NCBI GenBank assembly: GCA_046048135.1
Contig: JBJOGR010000044.1
Coordinates: 3,300-67,299 of the forward strand
Source of the DNA: Actinomycetota bacterium
GTDB lineage: Bacteria > Actinomycetota > Actinomycetes > S36-B12 > UBA5976
Length of the DNA: 64,000 nt
Direction of reading: 5' to 3'
The notes below the pieces were generated by a model, which worked only from the letters and a program-made list of their open reading frames with translations, made no database searches and had not been told where the DNA came from. The first letter of the stretch is position 1. The number at the start of each line of letters is the position of its first letter. Shown one piece after another: positions 40,361-50,979 of this stretch. The position numbers were made by a program, and so were the translations under genes.

Positions 40361-41326
40361 ATGAAAATTTCCATAATTGGCTTAGGCCTAATCGGTGGTT
40401 CAATTGCTCAAGGTTTAAAAAATAACCACGAAATCAGTGTCCTAGATCCTGATCTAAATTCTTCTGAAGCAGCAAAAAAATCTGGTTTTGAAGTTTTAAA
40501 TAAAATAGATGATGCATTAATTTCTGACTTAATAATTGTTGCCGCGCCAACAAGTGTCAGTGAAGAAATCTTGAAAGAATTAAGTCTTAAAAAATACAAG
40601 AATTTTGTTTCCGATATTTGTTCAGTTAAAGCTTCTTTGCAAGATGCAGCAAAAGATCTCAACTATGTCGGAACTCATCCCATGGCAGGTTCGACCAAAG
40701 CAGGATTTATTAACGCTAATCCTGAAATATTTAAAAATGCTCCTTGGGCAGTAAGTGTTACAGCTAATACAAATAATCAAGCTTTAGTAGCAATTGTTTC
40801 AATCATTAATGAATTAGGTGCATTTGTGGTTCCAGTTGATCCCATTGAACATGATGAATCTGTAGTTTTAAGTTCACATCTTGCCCATGTTGTTGCATCT
40901 GCTTATGCCAAAAGCGTAGGGGAGTCAGAGTTTGCGCAATTAGCTCAATTATTAGCTGGAGGAAGTTTTAGAGATCTAACAAGAGTGACAACTTCTCCTG
41001 CAGAGCGAACTGCAGAAATCGTTTGGCCAAATCGAAAATCATTATCTAAAGTTGTGGAAAATTTGAGTGAAAATTTGGCTAAATTACAAAATCTTTTAGA
41101 GCAGGGAAGTCAAGCTGATATCGAAAAATATCTTCAATCGGCCAGTAGTTTAAGAACAATTTCTGATGCAACTATAAATAAAGTAAAAAATCATCAAGGT
41201 GAGAAAGTATCGACTAAAACCATGCAATTAAAAGATGAATTTTTAAAATACGCTCAGAAAAGAATAATAGCCACAGATTTTGCGTTTGATTCAGAAAATA
41301 TAAGTTATTTAATTAACGAAATTTAA
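40361..41326 (+). CDS. tyrA: prephenate dehydrogenase
   Basis: Rossmann motif [10 protein letters not shown] and HPMAG. Immediately follows pheA. Confidence 0.75.
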   Translation: MKISIIGLGLIGGSIAQGLKNNHEISVLDPDLNSSEAAKKSGFEVLNKIDDALISDLIIVAAPTSVSEEILKELSLKKYKNFVSDICSVKASLQDAAKDLNYVGTHPMAGSTKAGFINANPEIFKNAPWAVSVTANTNNQALVAIVSIINELGAFVVPVDPIEHDESVVLSSHLAHVVASAYAKSVGESEFAQLAQLLAGGSFRDLTRVTTSPAERTAEIVWPNRKSLSKVVENLSENLAKLQNLLEQGSQADIEKYLQSASSLRTISDATINKVKNHQGEKVSTKTMQLKDEFLKYAQKRIIATDFAFDSENISYLINEI

Positions 41327-42249
41327 TTTTTGTGAAGGACTGAATTTAGTCCAGTCCAATTACCTGTTTTATTTGAAGCTTCAATTGCTCCTGTTTGAGA
41401 ATTTCTACGAAACAGCAAATTATTTGCTCCAGATAATTCTCTTGCTTTAACAATTTTTCCATCAGGAAGAATTACTTTTGAACCCGCAGTCAAATAAAGA
41501 CCTGCTTCAATAATGCAATTGTTTCCTAAACTAATTCCAAGTCCTGCATTTGCACCAATTAAACATTTTTCGCCAACACTAATAATTTCTTGGCCTCCGC
41601 CAGAAAGTGTGCCCATGATTGATGCACCACCACCAATGTCAGATCCATCTCCAACAACAACTCCAGCAGAAATTCTTCCTTCGACCATTGAACTACCTAA
41701 TGTGCCAGCATTAAAGTTCACAAAGCCTTCATGCATAACAGTTGTACCACTTGCTAAATGTGCGCCTAGTCGAACTCGATCTGCATCTGCAACTCTTACT
41801 CCACTTGGAATTACATAATCAAGCATCCTAGGAAATTTATCTAGCGAAAAGACAGTTAAATGTGTACCAACTTTTTTAGCATTAGCTCCTACTGATTCAA
41901 CTTTTTCTGGTAAAACTGGTCCAATTGTTGTCCAAGCAACATTATTTAGAATAGAAAAAATTCCCTCTAGATTTATTGTTCTAGGTTTTACTAAACGATG
42001 CGAAAGTAAATGTAATCGTAAATAAGCATCTGCAACATCAACAGCTGGTTTAGATAAATCTTTAATAGAGGTTTTCACTACTTTTATTTCGCAACCTCTG
42101 ATTGCATCTTTTCTTTCATATTTTGAACTGTCATTTAGTTGAATTGGTGAAATTGACAATGAAGGATTAGGAAACCAAACATCAAGTGTTTTATTGCCAT
42201 CAACAGTGGCTATTCCTATTCCACTTGCGGCTTCTGTAATAAAACTCAT
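41323..42249 (-). CDS. dapD: 2,3,4,5-tetrahydropyridine-2,6-dicarboxylate N-succinyltransferase
   Basis: Left-handed beta-helix hexapeptide repeats at the actinobacterial DapD length. Divergent from dapE. Confidence 0.8.
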   Translation of the reverse strand: MSFITEAASGIGIATVDGNKTLDVWFPNPSLSISPIQLNDSSKYERKDAIRGCEIKVVKTSIKDLSKPAVDVADAYLRLHLLSHRLVKPRTINLEGIFSILNNVAWTTIGPVLPEKVESVGANAKKVGTHLTVFSLDKFPRMLDYVIPSGVRVADADRVRLGAHLASGTTVMHEGFVNFNAGTLGSSMVEGRISAGVVVGDGSDIGGGASIMGTLSGGGQEIISVGEKCLIGANAGLGISLGNNCIIEAGLYLTAGSKVILPDGKIVKARELSGANNLLFRRNSQTGAIEASNKTGNWTGLNSVLHKN

Positions 42250-42317
42250 GAGTCAAAACTATCTTGTAATTGGGGTTAATGGATACATAAGGGTTAGGTT
42301 GTTGGCACAATAGGAAT

Positions 42318-43373
42318 GTGTTGAATATAAATCAAGAACTAGGCAAACTGACCCTTGATCTTGTCAATATTTCTAGCGTTTCAAAAGATGAAAAATCAAT
42401 TGCAGATTCCATTGAAACGGCATTAAGTGAATGTAGTCATTTAAAATTAACCAGAGTTAATAATTCCCTAGTCGCACAAACCAATTTTGGAAATAAGCAA
42501 AGAGTTGTAATAGCAGGCCACATAGATACTGTTCCTGCAAACAATAATTTTCCTGGACAGATAAATAATTCAGAAGTAACTGGTTTAGGTTCTGTAGACA
42601 TGAAATCAGGTATTGCTGTTGCCTTGAAATTGGCTTCAGAGATAACTAGTTCAAAATTTGATATTACATATTTATTTTATGAATCTGAGGAAATTGAAAC
42701 AAAATTTAATGGCTTAGAGTTAATTACTAAGCAACAAAAAGATTTATTGAATTGCGACTTTGCAATTCTTATGGAACCAACGAATGGAATTTTGGAAGTT
42801 GGATGTCAAGGATCCTTAAGATTTGAAGTAAGCGCCAGTGGTAAAAGATCGCATTCTGCAAGATGGTGGAATGGAGATAATGCAATTCATAAAACAAATA
42901 AAATTTTAGAAATTTTAAATAACTATAAATCTAGAGAACCAGAAATAGATGGTTATAAATTTAGAGAAGGACTACAAGCTGTAAAGATAAATGGCGGTAT
43001 TGCTGGAAATGTAGTTCCAGATTCGGTAAGTGTGTCCATTAATCATCGCTTTGCACCGGATACCACGATAGATCAAGCAACTACAAATATGAAAAATTTA
43101 TTTAAAGATTTTAATTTTCAATTAGTAGATGCAGCAAATGCTGCGCCAACTGGTTTAGCAAATCCTGTTATTAAAGAATTTGTTGCAAGTATAGGTAAAA
43201 ATATTGCCCCAAAATTTGGTTGGACAGATGTTGCCCGTTTTGCTAGCGCAGGAATTCCTGCTATTAATTTTGGTCCAGGAGATCCTAATTTGGCTCATCA
43301 TCCAGATGAGAAAGTTTCGATATCTCAAATCAACGATGTGTATGAGTCTTTAAAGAAATGGCTTTCTAAATAG
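42318..43373 (+). CDS. dapE: succinyl-diaminopimelate desuccinylase (M20 family)
   Basis: M20 metal-binding motifs (GHIDTVP, MEPT). Synteny with dapD. Confidence 0.8.
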   Translation: MLNINQELGKLTLDLVNISSVSKDEKSIADSIETALSECSHLKLTRVNNSLVAQTNFGNKQRVVIAGHIDTVPANNNFPGQINNSEVTGLGSVDMKSGIAVALKLASEITSSKFDITYLFYESEEIETKFNGLELITKQQKDLLNCDFAILMEPTNGILEVGCQGSLRFEVSASGKRSHSARWWNGDNAIHKTNKILEILNNYKSREPEIDGYKFREGLQAVKINGGIAGNVVPDSVSVSINHRFAPDTTIDQATTNMKNLFKDFNFQLVDAANAAPTGLANPVIKEFVASIGKNIAPKFGWTDVARFASAGIPAINFGPGDPNLAHHPDEKVSISQINDVYESLKKWLSK

Positions 43374-43825
43374 TGAAAGTTGATTTGAATTTAAGTATTG
43401 ATATTGATGCAACTCAAAAACAAGTTTTTGATTCATTTGTTAATTGGGAAACCCAAGGTGAGTGGATGTTTGGGACAAAAGTTTATCGAACCAAAAATAA
43501 TGGACAAGGTCTTGGAGGAGAAATTGTTGCCTGGACAGGTTTTTGGAAAATAGGTTTTAATGATCCAATGGTTATTACGAAATGGGAAGAACCAAGACTT
43601 GTTGACATGAAACATTTAGGAAAAGTAGTACGCGGTACAGGTTCCATGATTGCTGAAAAAATTACAGAAAATAAAACTAAATTTATATGGAGTGAAACTA
43701 TCGAATTACCTTTTTCAATAATTGGTCGAATAGGTTGGTTTTTTATTAAACCGTTTTTTGTTATCGCAATTAAGCATTCATTGAAGAAATTTGCTCTCAC
43801 TTTTGCACAAAAGGGGTCCATTTAG
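43373..43825 (+). CDS. SRPBCC/START-like small protein
   Basis: 150 aa. Its GTG start overlaps the dapE stop (taGTG). The helix-grip-like length and pattern give only weak support. Confidence 0.4.
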   Translation: MKVDLNLSIDIDATQKQVFDSFVNWETQGEWMFGTKVYRTKNNGQGLGGEIVAWTGFWKIGFNDPMVITKWEEPRLVDMKHLGKVVRGTGSMIAEKITENKTKFIWSETIELPFSIIGRIGWFFIKPFFVIAIKHSLKKFALTFAQKGSI

Positions 43826-43892
43826 ACAAAGTGCAAGTAATGCTGGGATAATAGATTTATCAATATTTAATTGAAATGAAAAAGGTGTTTAG

Positions 43893-44057
43893 ATGGCCGC
43901 AATGAAACCTCGTACTGGTGATGGACCTATGGAAGTTACTAAAGAAGGAAAAGGTGTTGTAGTTCGTATTCCACTAGAAGGTGGCGGTCGTTTAGTTGTA
44001 GAAATGACAGTTGACGAAGCTAAAGAATTAGACGTTCAACTAGAAGTTTTAAAGTAA
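43893..44057 (+). CDS. conserved actinobacterial small protein (DUF3117-like)
   Basis: Not in the ORF track (54 aa). Translation: MAAMKPRTGDGPMEVTKEGKGVVVRIPLEGGGRLVVEMTVDEAKELDVQLEVLK. This matches the MAAMKPRTGDGP...PLEGGGRLVVE signature I recall for this family. Confidence 0.75.
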   Translation: MAAMKPRTGDGPMEVTKEGKGVVVRIPLEGGGRLVVEMTVDEAKELDVQLEVLK

Positions 44058-44058
44058 T

Positions 44059-44688
44059 TTAATTAGGTCGGTAAGAACAGGCAATTACACCTGTTCCATT
44101 AGGAATCATTACTGAAACTAATCTTTCATCATTCTTGATTTTTTCTAGAACTCTAATGATTGCTAAATTATCTGGATCATTTTGAAATTGGGCATCATTT
44201 AAAACATTGTTATAAATTAAAATTCCACCCGGTCTTAATAATCTCATTGCTTCTTCCAAAAGTGTTTCATATTCTAATTTGTCACCATTTATAAAAACTA
44301 AATCGTAAGCATTATCTGTTAAACGAGTTATTACTTCTAGTGCTTTACCAGCAATTAGTCTAATTTTATTAGGGGAAATTGATGCACTACTAAAAATATC
44401 TTTACTTATGCGTTGTCTTTCTGGATCTTTATCTATTGAAGTTAAAACACCAGCAGAATTCATTCCTTTGAAAAGCCAGAGTCCAGACAGTCCTGTGCCA
44501 GTTCCAATTTCAACAACGTTGGAAGCATCAATTGTGGAAGCTAAAAATTTTAATAAACTGCCAACTCCAGAACCGATGGGTTTAATGCCAAGCTCTGAAG
44601 ATTTTTCTCTTGCCTTTAGTTGAAAACTATCTTCTTCAATAAATTCTTGTGAGAATTTCCAATCTTCGACGCTTGGAAAACTTGTCAT
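44059..44688 (-). CDS. class I SAM-dependent O-methyltransferase
   Basis: SAM-binding motif VVEIGTGTGLSGL, with the length and order of caffeoyl-CoA-type O-methyltransferases. Confidence 0.75.
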   Translation of the reverse strand: MTSFPSVEDWKFSQEFIEEDSFQLKAREKSSELGIKPIGSGVGSLLKFLASTIDASNVVEIGTGTGLSGLWLFKGMNSAGVLTSIDKDPERQRISKDIFSSASISPNKIRLIAGKALEVITRLTDNAYDLVFINGDKLEYETLLEEAMRLLRPGGILIYNNVLNDAQFQNDPDNLAIIRVLEKIKNDERLVSVMIPNGTGVIACSYRPN

Positions 44689-44853
44689 TTGACTACCTTC
44701 TATGGGTCTTTGAATCTATCTTAATGATTACTAAAAATTACGATGGAATTTACCAAGAATTGCCTTGTAAGTCCTTATTTAAAGTGCGAAATTTAAAGTC
44801 ACGGCCTAAACTAAAAGTAAGACTTGCTACAGAAAGAAAAAAGCCAAGTAACA

Positions 44854-46002
44854 ATGGAAGAAACCACTAGCTCACCAACACCAGGATTTGCCACAATGCC
44901 AACTAAACCTTCATGGGAAAGAAAAAAGAAAAGGACTCCGCTTTCAGCTGTCGTAGTTATTTCTTTGTTAGTCGGTGGTGTCGCAGGTGGCGCTGTTGGA
45001 TATGTAGCTGCTGATTTAGCAAATGGAGTTTCAAGTACTTCGACTCAAACAGTCCAAACACCTGTAGTAAATACAAATGTTCCGATAACTCCTGCCAATG
45101 AAACAGTTTCCCAAATTGTGCAAAATGTTAAATCAAGTGTGGTTTCAATTAAGGCTGAAGGAAATTCAGGAACAGGAACAGGTTCAGGATTTATTTATAG
45201 ACAAGATGGTTACATCATCACCAACAATCACGTTGTTGCACCTGCATTAAATGGTGGAAAATTAACAGTTTATTTAGAAAACAAAACAGAATTTGAAGCA
45301 AGATTAATTGGTAGAAATCCTTCTTATGATTTAGCAGTTTTAAAAATTGAATCAACTGGATTAAGTCCGGTAAAGATTGGTGATTCAAATGCTTTGAATG
45401 TTGGAGATTTAACAGTTGCATTTGGTTCACCTCTTGGTTTAAGTGGCACTGTTACTTCAGGAATTGTTAGTGCAGTAAATAGACCAGTAACTGCTGGTGG
45501 ACAAGATGATCAATCATTTATTTCAGCTATTCAAACAGATGCTGCAATTAATCCTGGAAATTCAGGTGGACCGTTAGTAAATGGGCAAGCAGAAGTAATT
45601 GGAGTAAATTCAGCAATTGCAACTTTGGGTTTTGGCGGACAAAGTGGAAGTATTGGTTTAGGTTTTGCAATTCCTATGAATCAAGCACAAAGAATTATTA
45701 CTGAGATTATTAATACTGGAAAATCCACAACACCAATTGCAGGTATCAGCATTGATTCAACCTTCCAAGGAACAGGGGCTCGAATTGCAGAAGTCGTTGC
45801 AGATGGCCCTGCATCAAAAACTGATTTAAAGGTTGGCGATGTTGTGACAAAAATTAATGGTGAAATTGTGGGTGATTCAACAGAATTGATTGTGGCAATT
45901 AGAAGAAATAATCCTGGTGACACAATTATCTTGACTGTAAAAAATTCTTCAGGAAATGAAAGAGAAGTTAGTGTAGTTTTGGGAAGCAGGGAAGAAGGTT
46001 AA
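44854..46002 (+). CDS. htrA: HtrA/DegP-family serine protease with PDZ domain
   Basis: Triad contexts TNNHVV (His), YDLAVLK (Asp) and GNSGGPL (Ser). N-terminal TM helix and C-terminal PDZ domain. Start taken as ATG 44854 (the ORF track uses TTG 44824). Confidence 0.85.
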   Translation: MEETTSSPTPGFATMPTKPSWERKKKRTPLSAVVVISLLVGGVAGGAVGYVAADLANGVSSTSTQTVQTPVVNTNVPITPANETVSQIVQNVKSSVVSIKAEGNSGTGTGSGFIYRQDGYIITNNHVVAPALNGGKLTVYLENKTEFEARLIGRNPSYDLAVLKIESTGLSPVKIGDSNALNVGDLTVAFGSPLGLSGTVTSGIVSAVNRPVTAGGQDDQSFISAIQTDAAINPGNSGGPLVNGQAEVIGVNSAIATLGFGGQSGSIGLGFAIPMNQAQRIITEIINTGKSTTPIAGISIDSTFQGTGARIAEVVADGPASKTDLKVGDVVTKINGEIVGDSTELIVAIRRNNPGDTIILTVKNSSGNEREVSVVLGSREEG

Positions 46003-47123
46003 TTAGTAATTAACCCTAAATTCTTTCCTACTAAACCTTTTGGATTTTTAACTAAAGAATTTGCAATATTCATTATTTCCTTACTTGCTAAAGATTCAGG
46101 ATCAGACAAAATTAATGGTTTACCATCATCTGCTCCCTCTCTAAGTTTTACATCAAAAGGAACTTTTCCTAAAACTTTTACTTCTGTGCCTAATTCATTA
46201 GTAAGTGCTTTTGCAACATTGTCGCCGCCACCTTTACCGAATAAATCCATAATTTCTCCACACTTAGGACAAATAACTCCACTCATGTTTTCGATAACAC
46301 CAATAACTCTTTGATGAGTTTGTTTAGCTAAAGTTCCAGAGCGAACTGCGACTTCTGCAGCACCAATTTGAGGAGTTGTGATCACAATAATTTCTGATTT
46401 AGGAACTAGTTGGGCAACACTAATAGCTACATCACCTGTTCCAGGTGGTAAATCAAGAAGTAATACATCTAAATCTCCCCACCAAACATCTGTCATAAAT
46501 TGCTCAACAGCTTTATGAAGCATTGGTCCTCTAAAAGCAATAGGTTGAGTTACACCACCTGGTTTAAATGCCAACATAGAAATCACTCTGATGCCATGAG
46601 CAAGTTGTGGCATGATCATGCCTTCAACAACAGTTGGTGCATTTGTTACACCCATAATTCTGGGAATTGAATGACCATAAATATCGGCATCGAGAATTCC
46701 TACAGATAAACCTAATTTAGAAAAAGCAATTCCTAGATTCGCAGTAATTGATGATTTGCCAACACCACCTTTACCAGAAGCAATTGCATAAACTCTGGTC
46801 AAATTTTTCTCACTTGCAAAAGGATTTTCCTTTACAGGTCCTCTAAGTTGCTCTCTTAATTTCTTTCTTTGATCATCATTCATTACATCTAAATCAACTT
46901 TTACATTTGCATTTTCATCTATCTTTTTAACAGCATTTGTTACCCGGTTTACGATTTCTTGCCTTAAAGGGCATCCTTCCACAGTTAGATAAATATCAAC
47001 TTGAACATTTAAATCTGTTACAGAAACATTTTTGACCATACCAATTTCTGTAATAGGTCTTCTGATTTCTGGATCTTGCACACTAGCAAGAGCGGTCATT
47101 ACAGATTCTTTAGTTAAAGACAC
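45999..47123 (-). CDS. mrp: Mrp/ApbC-family Fe-S cluster carrier ATPase
   Basis: N-terminal DUF59-like domain, deviant Walker A SGKGGVGKSS, and CPKC cluster-ligand motif. Confidence 0.9.
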   Translation of the reverse strand: MSLTKESVMTALASVQDPEIRRPITEIGMVKNVSVTDLNVQVDIYLTVEGCPLRQEIVNRVTNAVKKIDENANVKVDLDVMNDDQRKKLREQLRGPVKENPFASEKNLTRVYAIASGKGGVGKSSITANLGIAFSKLGLSVGILDADIYGHSIPRIMGVTNAPTVVEGMIMPQLAHGIRVISMLAFKPGGVTQPIAFRGPMLHKAVEQFMTDVWWGDLDVLLLDLPPGTGDVAISVAQLVPKSEIIVITTPQIGAAEVAVRSGTLAKQTHQRVIGVIENMSGVICPKCGEIMDLFGKGGGDNVAKALTNELGTEVKVLGKVPFDVKLREGADDGKPLILSDPESLASKEIMNIANSLVKNPKGLVGKNLGLITN

Positions 47124-47126
47124 TTT

Positions 47127-47630
47127 TTAATTTGATTCCGATTCTTTTTTCTCGTTAGAGAATTGAATTTCTTCAATTAATTCTCTTAACTCATTTTTTA
47201 TGTAGTCGCGAGTTGCTACATCATTTAAGGCTATGCGTAAATCCGCTAATTCGCGAGCCAAGAATTCAGAGTCGGCTAGAAGCCTTGCAGATTGTGTTCT
47301 ATCTTGAGCAATTTGAACTCTATCTCTATCTGCTTGACGATTTTGTGCAAGTAAAATTAGGGGAGCAGCATATGAAGCTTGTAGAGAAAGCATCAAAGTT
47401 AAAGCTAAGAATGGCCATGGATCTACTCGATAATTTTCTGGTCCTATTGTGTTCCATGAAATCCAGGCAATAATAAAAATTGTCATTAAAGCAATAAATC
47501 GCCATGAACCAATTTTTCGGGCAACTCTTTCACTTAATAATCCAAATCTTTCTGGATCATAAGGATTTTTAAATTGCAATCCTCTGCTTCTTGGTTGATC
47601 AAGACGAGATGATCTTATTTTTTTACTCAT
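47127..47630 (-). CDS. DUF1003-like membrane protein
   Basis: Two TM helices followed by a C-terminal coiled coil. Translationally coupled to the upstream MgtE-N/CBS gene. Family recalled from memory. Confidence 0.55.
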   Translation of the reverse strand: MSKKIRSSRLDQPRSRGLQFKNPYDPERFGLLSERVARKIGSWRFIALMTIFIIAWISWNTIGPENYRVDPWPFLALTLMLSLQASYAAPLILLAQNRQADRDRVQIAQDRTQSARLLADSEFLARELADLRIALNDVATRDYIKNELRELIEEIQFSNEKKESESN

Positions 47631-48874
47631 CTATTTACCTCAATTGCATCTTGATCGCGCCAATCATCAGGCAACATGTGATCAATCACGTCATCAACAG
47701 TTACTGCTCCAAGTAAACGGTTTTCAGAATCAACAACAGGTAATGCCACTAAGTTGTATGTTGCAAAATATCTAGTAACTAAAGCAAGTGAAGTGTTTGG
47801 TTCAACTGGTTTTAATTCGGTATCTATAACACTTGAAACTAAAGTTCCAGGAGCTTCTCTTAAAAGTCTTTGCATGTGTGCCACTCCAAGATATTTTCCA
47901 GTTGGAGTATCTAGTGGTGGTCTTACAACATAAACCTGACTTGCTAGTGAAGGAGGTAATTCTGGATTTCTAACATTTGCTAAGGCTTCAGCCACAGTTG
48001 CATCTGGTGGTAAAACAATTGGTTCTGTTGTCATCATTCCACCAGCTGTGTAATCGCCATAAGTTAAAAGTCTTCTTAAATCATCTGCTTCTTCTGGTTC
48101 CATCAACTCTAAATATTCTTCAGCTTTTTGAGGTGGTAATTCTTTTAATAAATCTGCAGCATCATCTGGTGCCATTTCTTCAATAACGTCTGCCGCTCTT
48201 TCTATTTCTAATTTTTCAACAATTGAAACTCTTGTTTCTTCACTCATTTCCTCTAAAACATCTGCAAGTCTTTCGTCATCTAATTTAGATAAAACATCAA
48301 CTTGTTTATTTAATTCAAAATCTGCAATATAAGTAGCAACATCGGGAGCTCGCATATCATTTATGGAAATTAAAGTGTTATCAACAGGTTGATTTGATTC
48401 TTGCAAAGATAAACCTTCAACTTCACTCCAATCTGCAAAGAACTTTTCACCACGTCGACCAAATTTTGTCGAAGCGCGTTTTAAATAAATTTTTGTTATG
48501 TGCCAATCAGCACCAGGTCTTGATTGTTCCATGGCAATGTCTAGCAAAGTAACTTCTTCACCAGTTTTCTTCATTTTCATTTTTCGATCCAAAAGTTGTC
48601 CCACAACACGAGATTCTGATTCTCTTTGCTCAAATCTGCGCATATTTACTACACCAGTTGAAATTATTTGTCGTGGTTCAAAATCGTTTACTCTAGAAAT
48701 TGGTAAAAATACAATTCTTCTTTGTGGTACTTCAACTAAAAGTCCAATAATTCTTGGGGGATTGTTGCTATGTCTTAAGTGAACGAGGGTATCGCGAACT
48801 TTGCCCAGCTGATCTCCTTGTGGATCAAATACAGCTGTGCCGGTTAAGCGAGAAATAAATATACGGTCAGTCAC
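47627..48874 (-). CDS. MgtE N-terminal domain / CBS-pair protein (no membrane domain)
   Basis: Acidic MgtE-N helical repeats (DVLEEMSEE, ADVIEEMAPDDAADLL), then a tandem CBS pair. GTG start. Confidence 0.7.
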   Translation of the reverse strand: MTDRIFISRLTGTAVFDPQGDQLGKVRDTLVHLRHSNNPPRIIGLLVEVPQRRIVFLPISRVNDFEPRQIISTGVVNMRRFEQRESESRVVGQLLDRKMKMKKTGEEVTLLDIAMEQSRPGADWHITKIYLKRASTKFGRRGEKFFADWSEVEGLSLQESNQPVDNTLISINDMRAPDVATYIADFELNKQVDVLSKLDDERLADVLEEMSEETRVSIVEKLEIERAADVIEEMAPDDAADLLKELPPQKAEEYLELMEPEEADDLRRLLTYGDYTAGGMMTTEPIVLPPDATVAEALANVRNPELPPSLASQVYVVRPPLDTPTGKYLGVAHMQRLLREAPGTLVSSVIDTELKPVEPNTSLALVTRYFATYNLVALPVVDSENRLLGAVTVDDVIDHMLPDDWRDQDAIEVNR

Positions 48875-48917
48875 AACGCGAGTCTACTTCTTAGTTGTGA
48901 TTGACTTTTACTCTTAT

Positions 48918-49793
48918 ATGAAATTTACGAATACATTAAGCAAAAATTCATTTGATTTTGTATTTCTTGCTGTCGCGATATTAGCCATATCCACCTCTGG
49001 ACCCTTAATAACTATTACTGCTGCTCCTGCACTTGCTATTGCATTCTGGCGATGCTTAATAGGAGCAATAGCAACAGCACCTTTTGCATTTAAATCTGGA
49101 AACAATATTGATAAGAAAGCCTTTAGGGCATCTTTACTTGCAGGCTTTTTATTAGGAATTCATTTTGCAGTTTGGATACCTTCTTTAAGATTTACAACTG
49201 TTGCTGCCTCAACTGCAATGGTGGCAACACAACCTGCATGGGCTGCGTTATTTGCAAGATTAAAAGGAGAAAGTTTTCCTAAACAAGTTTGGTTTGGAAT
49301 TTTTGTTGCCTTAATTGGTGTAATTCTTTTAACTGGAATAGATGTTTCGTTAAATAGAAATGCAGTCATTGGAGATTTACTTGCCTTACTTGGAGCAATT
49401 TTTGCAGCTTTATATGTAACAGTTGGACAAAGTGCCAGAGAAAAACTAACCACAGCGCAATACACATTTATTGCTTATTCTGCTGCAGCATTTTCACTTC
49501 TATTAATATGTTTATTTTTATCAGTTCAGTTAACGGGATTTTCAAGACAAGCTTGGATTTATATATTTTTATTAACTTTACTTGCACAAATTCTTGGGCA
49601 TACTTTGTTTAATGTCACTTTAAGATCACTTTCTGCAACGGTTGTGAGTATGGGAATTTTGTTTGAGATGCCAGGTTCAACAATTATTGCTGCATTATTA
49701 ATTGGGCAAGTACCGCCTTGGCAAACAATTCCTGCAATTGTTTTATTAATGACAGGAATGGTTTTTGTAGTTAAAGGTTATAGAGCTAAATAG
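48918..49793 (+). CDS. EamA/DMT family transporter
   Basis: 10 TM helices arranged as two EamA repeats. Start set at ATG 48918 (MKFTNTL) to avoid overlapping the divergent gene. Confidence 0.7.
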   Translation: MKFTNTLSKNSFDFVFLAVAILAISTSGPLITITAAPALAIAFWRCLIGAIATAPFAFKSGNNIDKKAFRASLLAGFLLGIHFAVWIPSLRFTTVAASTAMVATQPAWAALFARLKGESFPKQVWFGIFVALIGVILLTGIDVSLNRNAVIGDLLALLGAIFAALYVTVGQSAREKLTTAQYTFIAYSAAAFSLLLICLFLSVQLTGFSRQAWIYIFLLTLLAQILGHTLFNVTLRSLSATVVSMGILFEMPGSTIIAALLIGQVPPWQTIPAIVLLMTGMVFVVKGYRAK

Positions 49794-50643
49794 TTTTAAG
49801 AAAAGTATCTATTTCAATAGCAGTTTTTTCTGGCATTTCTCTAGCAGGAGAATGTCCTGCCCCAAAAATTTCTACATAATGGCCATTTAAATTCCGTGCC
49901 ATTTCTTGTTGCACGGGTAATGGCCAAATGTCATCTTTTTCACCAGACAGTACTAAAACTGGCACTTTATGTTTTTCTAAAGTTTTTATTAATTTTTCAC
50001 TTACTGGTTCAATATGCATCAACATATTTCCAATAGTTTTAATCGAAAGTGGATTAGTATTGATCCAACGTTGTCTTCGCCATTTTCTTACTTTTCTAGA
50101 AAATTTTCGGTAACCAACCATTTTTTCAGCAAGTGTTTTTAAAAACCAAATAGTTGCCATGTTGTATTTTTCAGTTGCTTTAACAAGTCGTGGCAATCCT
50201 CCCCAACGATTTCTTGGTAAAGAACCTGGACCACTGCACATCAAAGTAATACTTGCAAAAGATTTTGGAGATTTACTTACTGCAATTTGACTTACTAATC
50301 CACCAAATGAATGACCAATTACATGTATTGGTTCAGAAAAACTATTTGCAATATCAATTACATCTTGACTGAGTAAATCAATTGTGAAATCTTTTTCATC
50401 TTTAGAACCATAAGTTGCTGGTTGACCAAACTGGTCAATAGCAAAACAATGCCAACCAAGAGAAGAAAGAATTGGCATTATTGCTACAAAATCTTCTTTA
50501 CTTCCACTAAATCCTGGAATCATTAAGATAGTTCCTGCATGAATAGATTCAGGTTCTGAAACTAAAGCACCTACCATGCAACGTTGAGTTATTAATTTTT
50601 CTTCCTTCACTCCAGCTGGATTTTTTAATAACTGTTCTTGCAT
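49786..50643 (-). CDS. alpha/beta hydrolase
   Basis: Nucleophile elbow GHSFGG and a C-terminal GAGHS His motif. Start set at ATG 50643, 4 nt after the stop of the upstream small gene. Confidence 0.7.
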   Translation of the reverse strand: MQEQLLKNPAGVKEEKLITQRCMVGALVSEPESIHAGTILMIPGFSGSKEDFVAIMPILSSLGWHCFAIDQFGQPATYGSKDEKDFTIDLLSQDVIDIANSFSEPIHVIGHSFGGLVSQIAVSKSPKSFASITLMCSGPGSLPRNRWGGLPRLVKATEKYNMATIWFLKTLAEKMVGYRKFSRKVRKWRRQRWINTNPLSIKTIGNMLMHIEPVSEKLIKTLEKHKVPVLVLSGEKDDIWPLPVQQEMARNLNGHYVEIFGAGHSPAREMPEKTAIEIDTFLKTI

Positions 50644-50647
50644 TAAT

Positions 50648-50869
50648 TTAGCCAGCAAAACCTACACGACGTGGTTCGGAAGCCCCAATTTCAACAAAGG
50701 TCAAACGTTCTCCCGGGATTAAAATTTTTCTTCCTTTGTCATCAATTAATGACAATAAAGTTTTATTTTTTACCGCATTTTCTATTTCTTTAGTAATTTC
50801 TTCAGCTGAAGATTTTGTTTCAAAAATTACTTCTCTAGCGCTATCTTGAACACCAATTCGTACTTCCAT
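50648..50869 (-). CDS. conserved actinobacterial small protein (DUF3107-like)
   Basis: MEVRIGVQDSAREVIFET... Start set at ATG 50869 (AAAGG 5 nt upstream). Family recalled from memory. Confidence 0.6.
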   Translation of the reverse strand: MEVRIGVQDSAREVIFETKSSAEEITKEIENAVKNKTLLSLIDDKGRKILIPGERLTFVEIGASEPRRVGFAG

Positions 50870-50979
50870 TTGGACCTTTTGTCTCCTAAATTCTCGTACT
50901 TCCAACAATATAAGTATTCAAGCACTCCTGCATCCTCTAGGTTTGCGGCTTATCTTGTGCTGACCTAAAGTGAATAATT

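Noticed and set aside
44649-44870. 73-aa ORF in the OMT-htrA spacer, considered as a degenerate sigE/rseA remnant.
   Set aside because: Its start lies within the antisense strand of the OMT 5' end. It has no sigma-70 region 2/4 or anti-sigma (HxxxCxxC) motifs, and its composition is basic and low-complexity.
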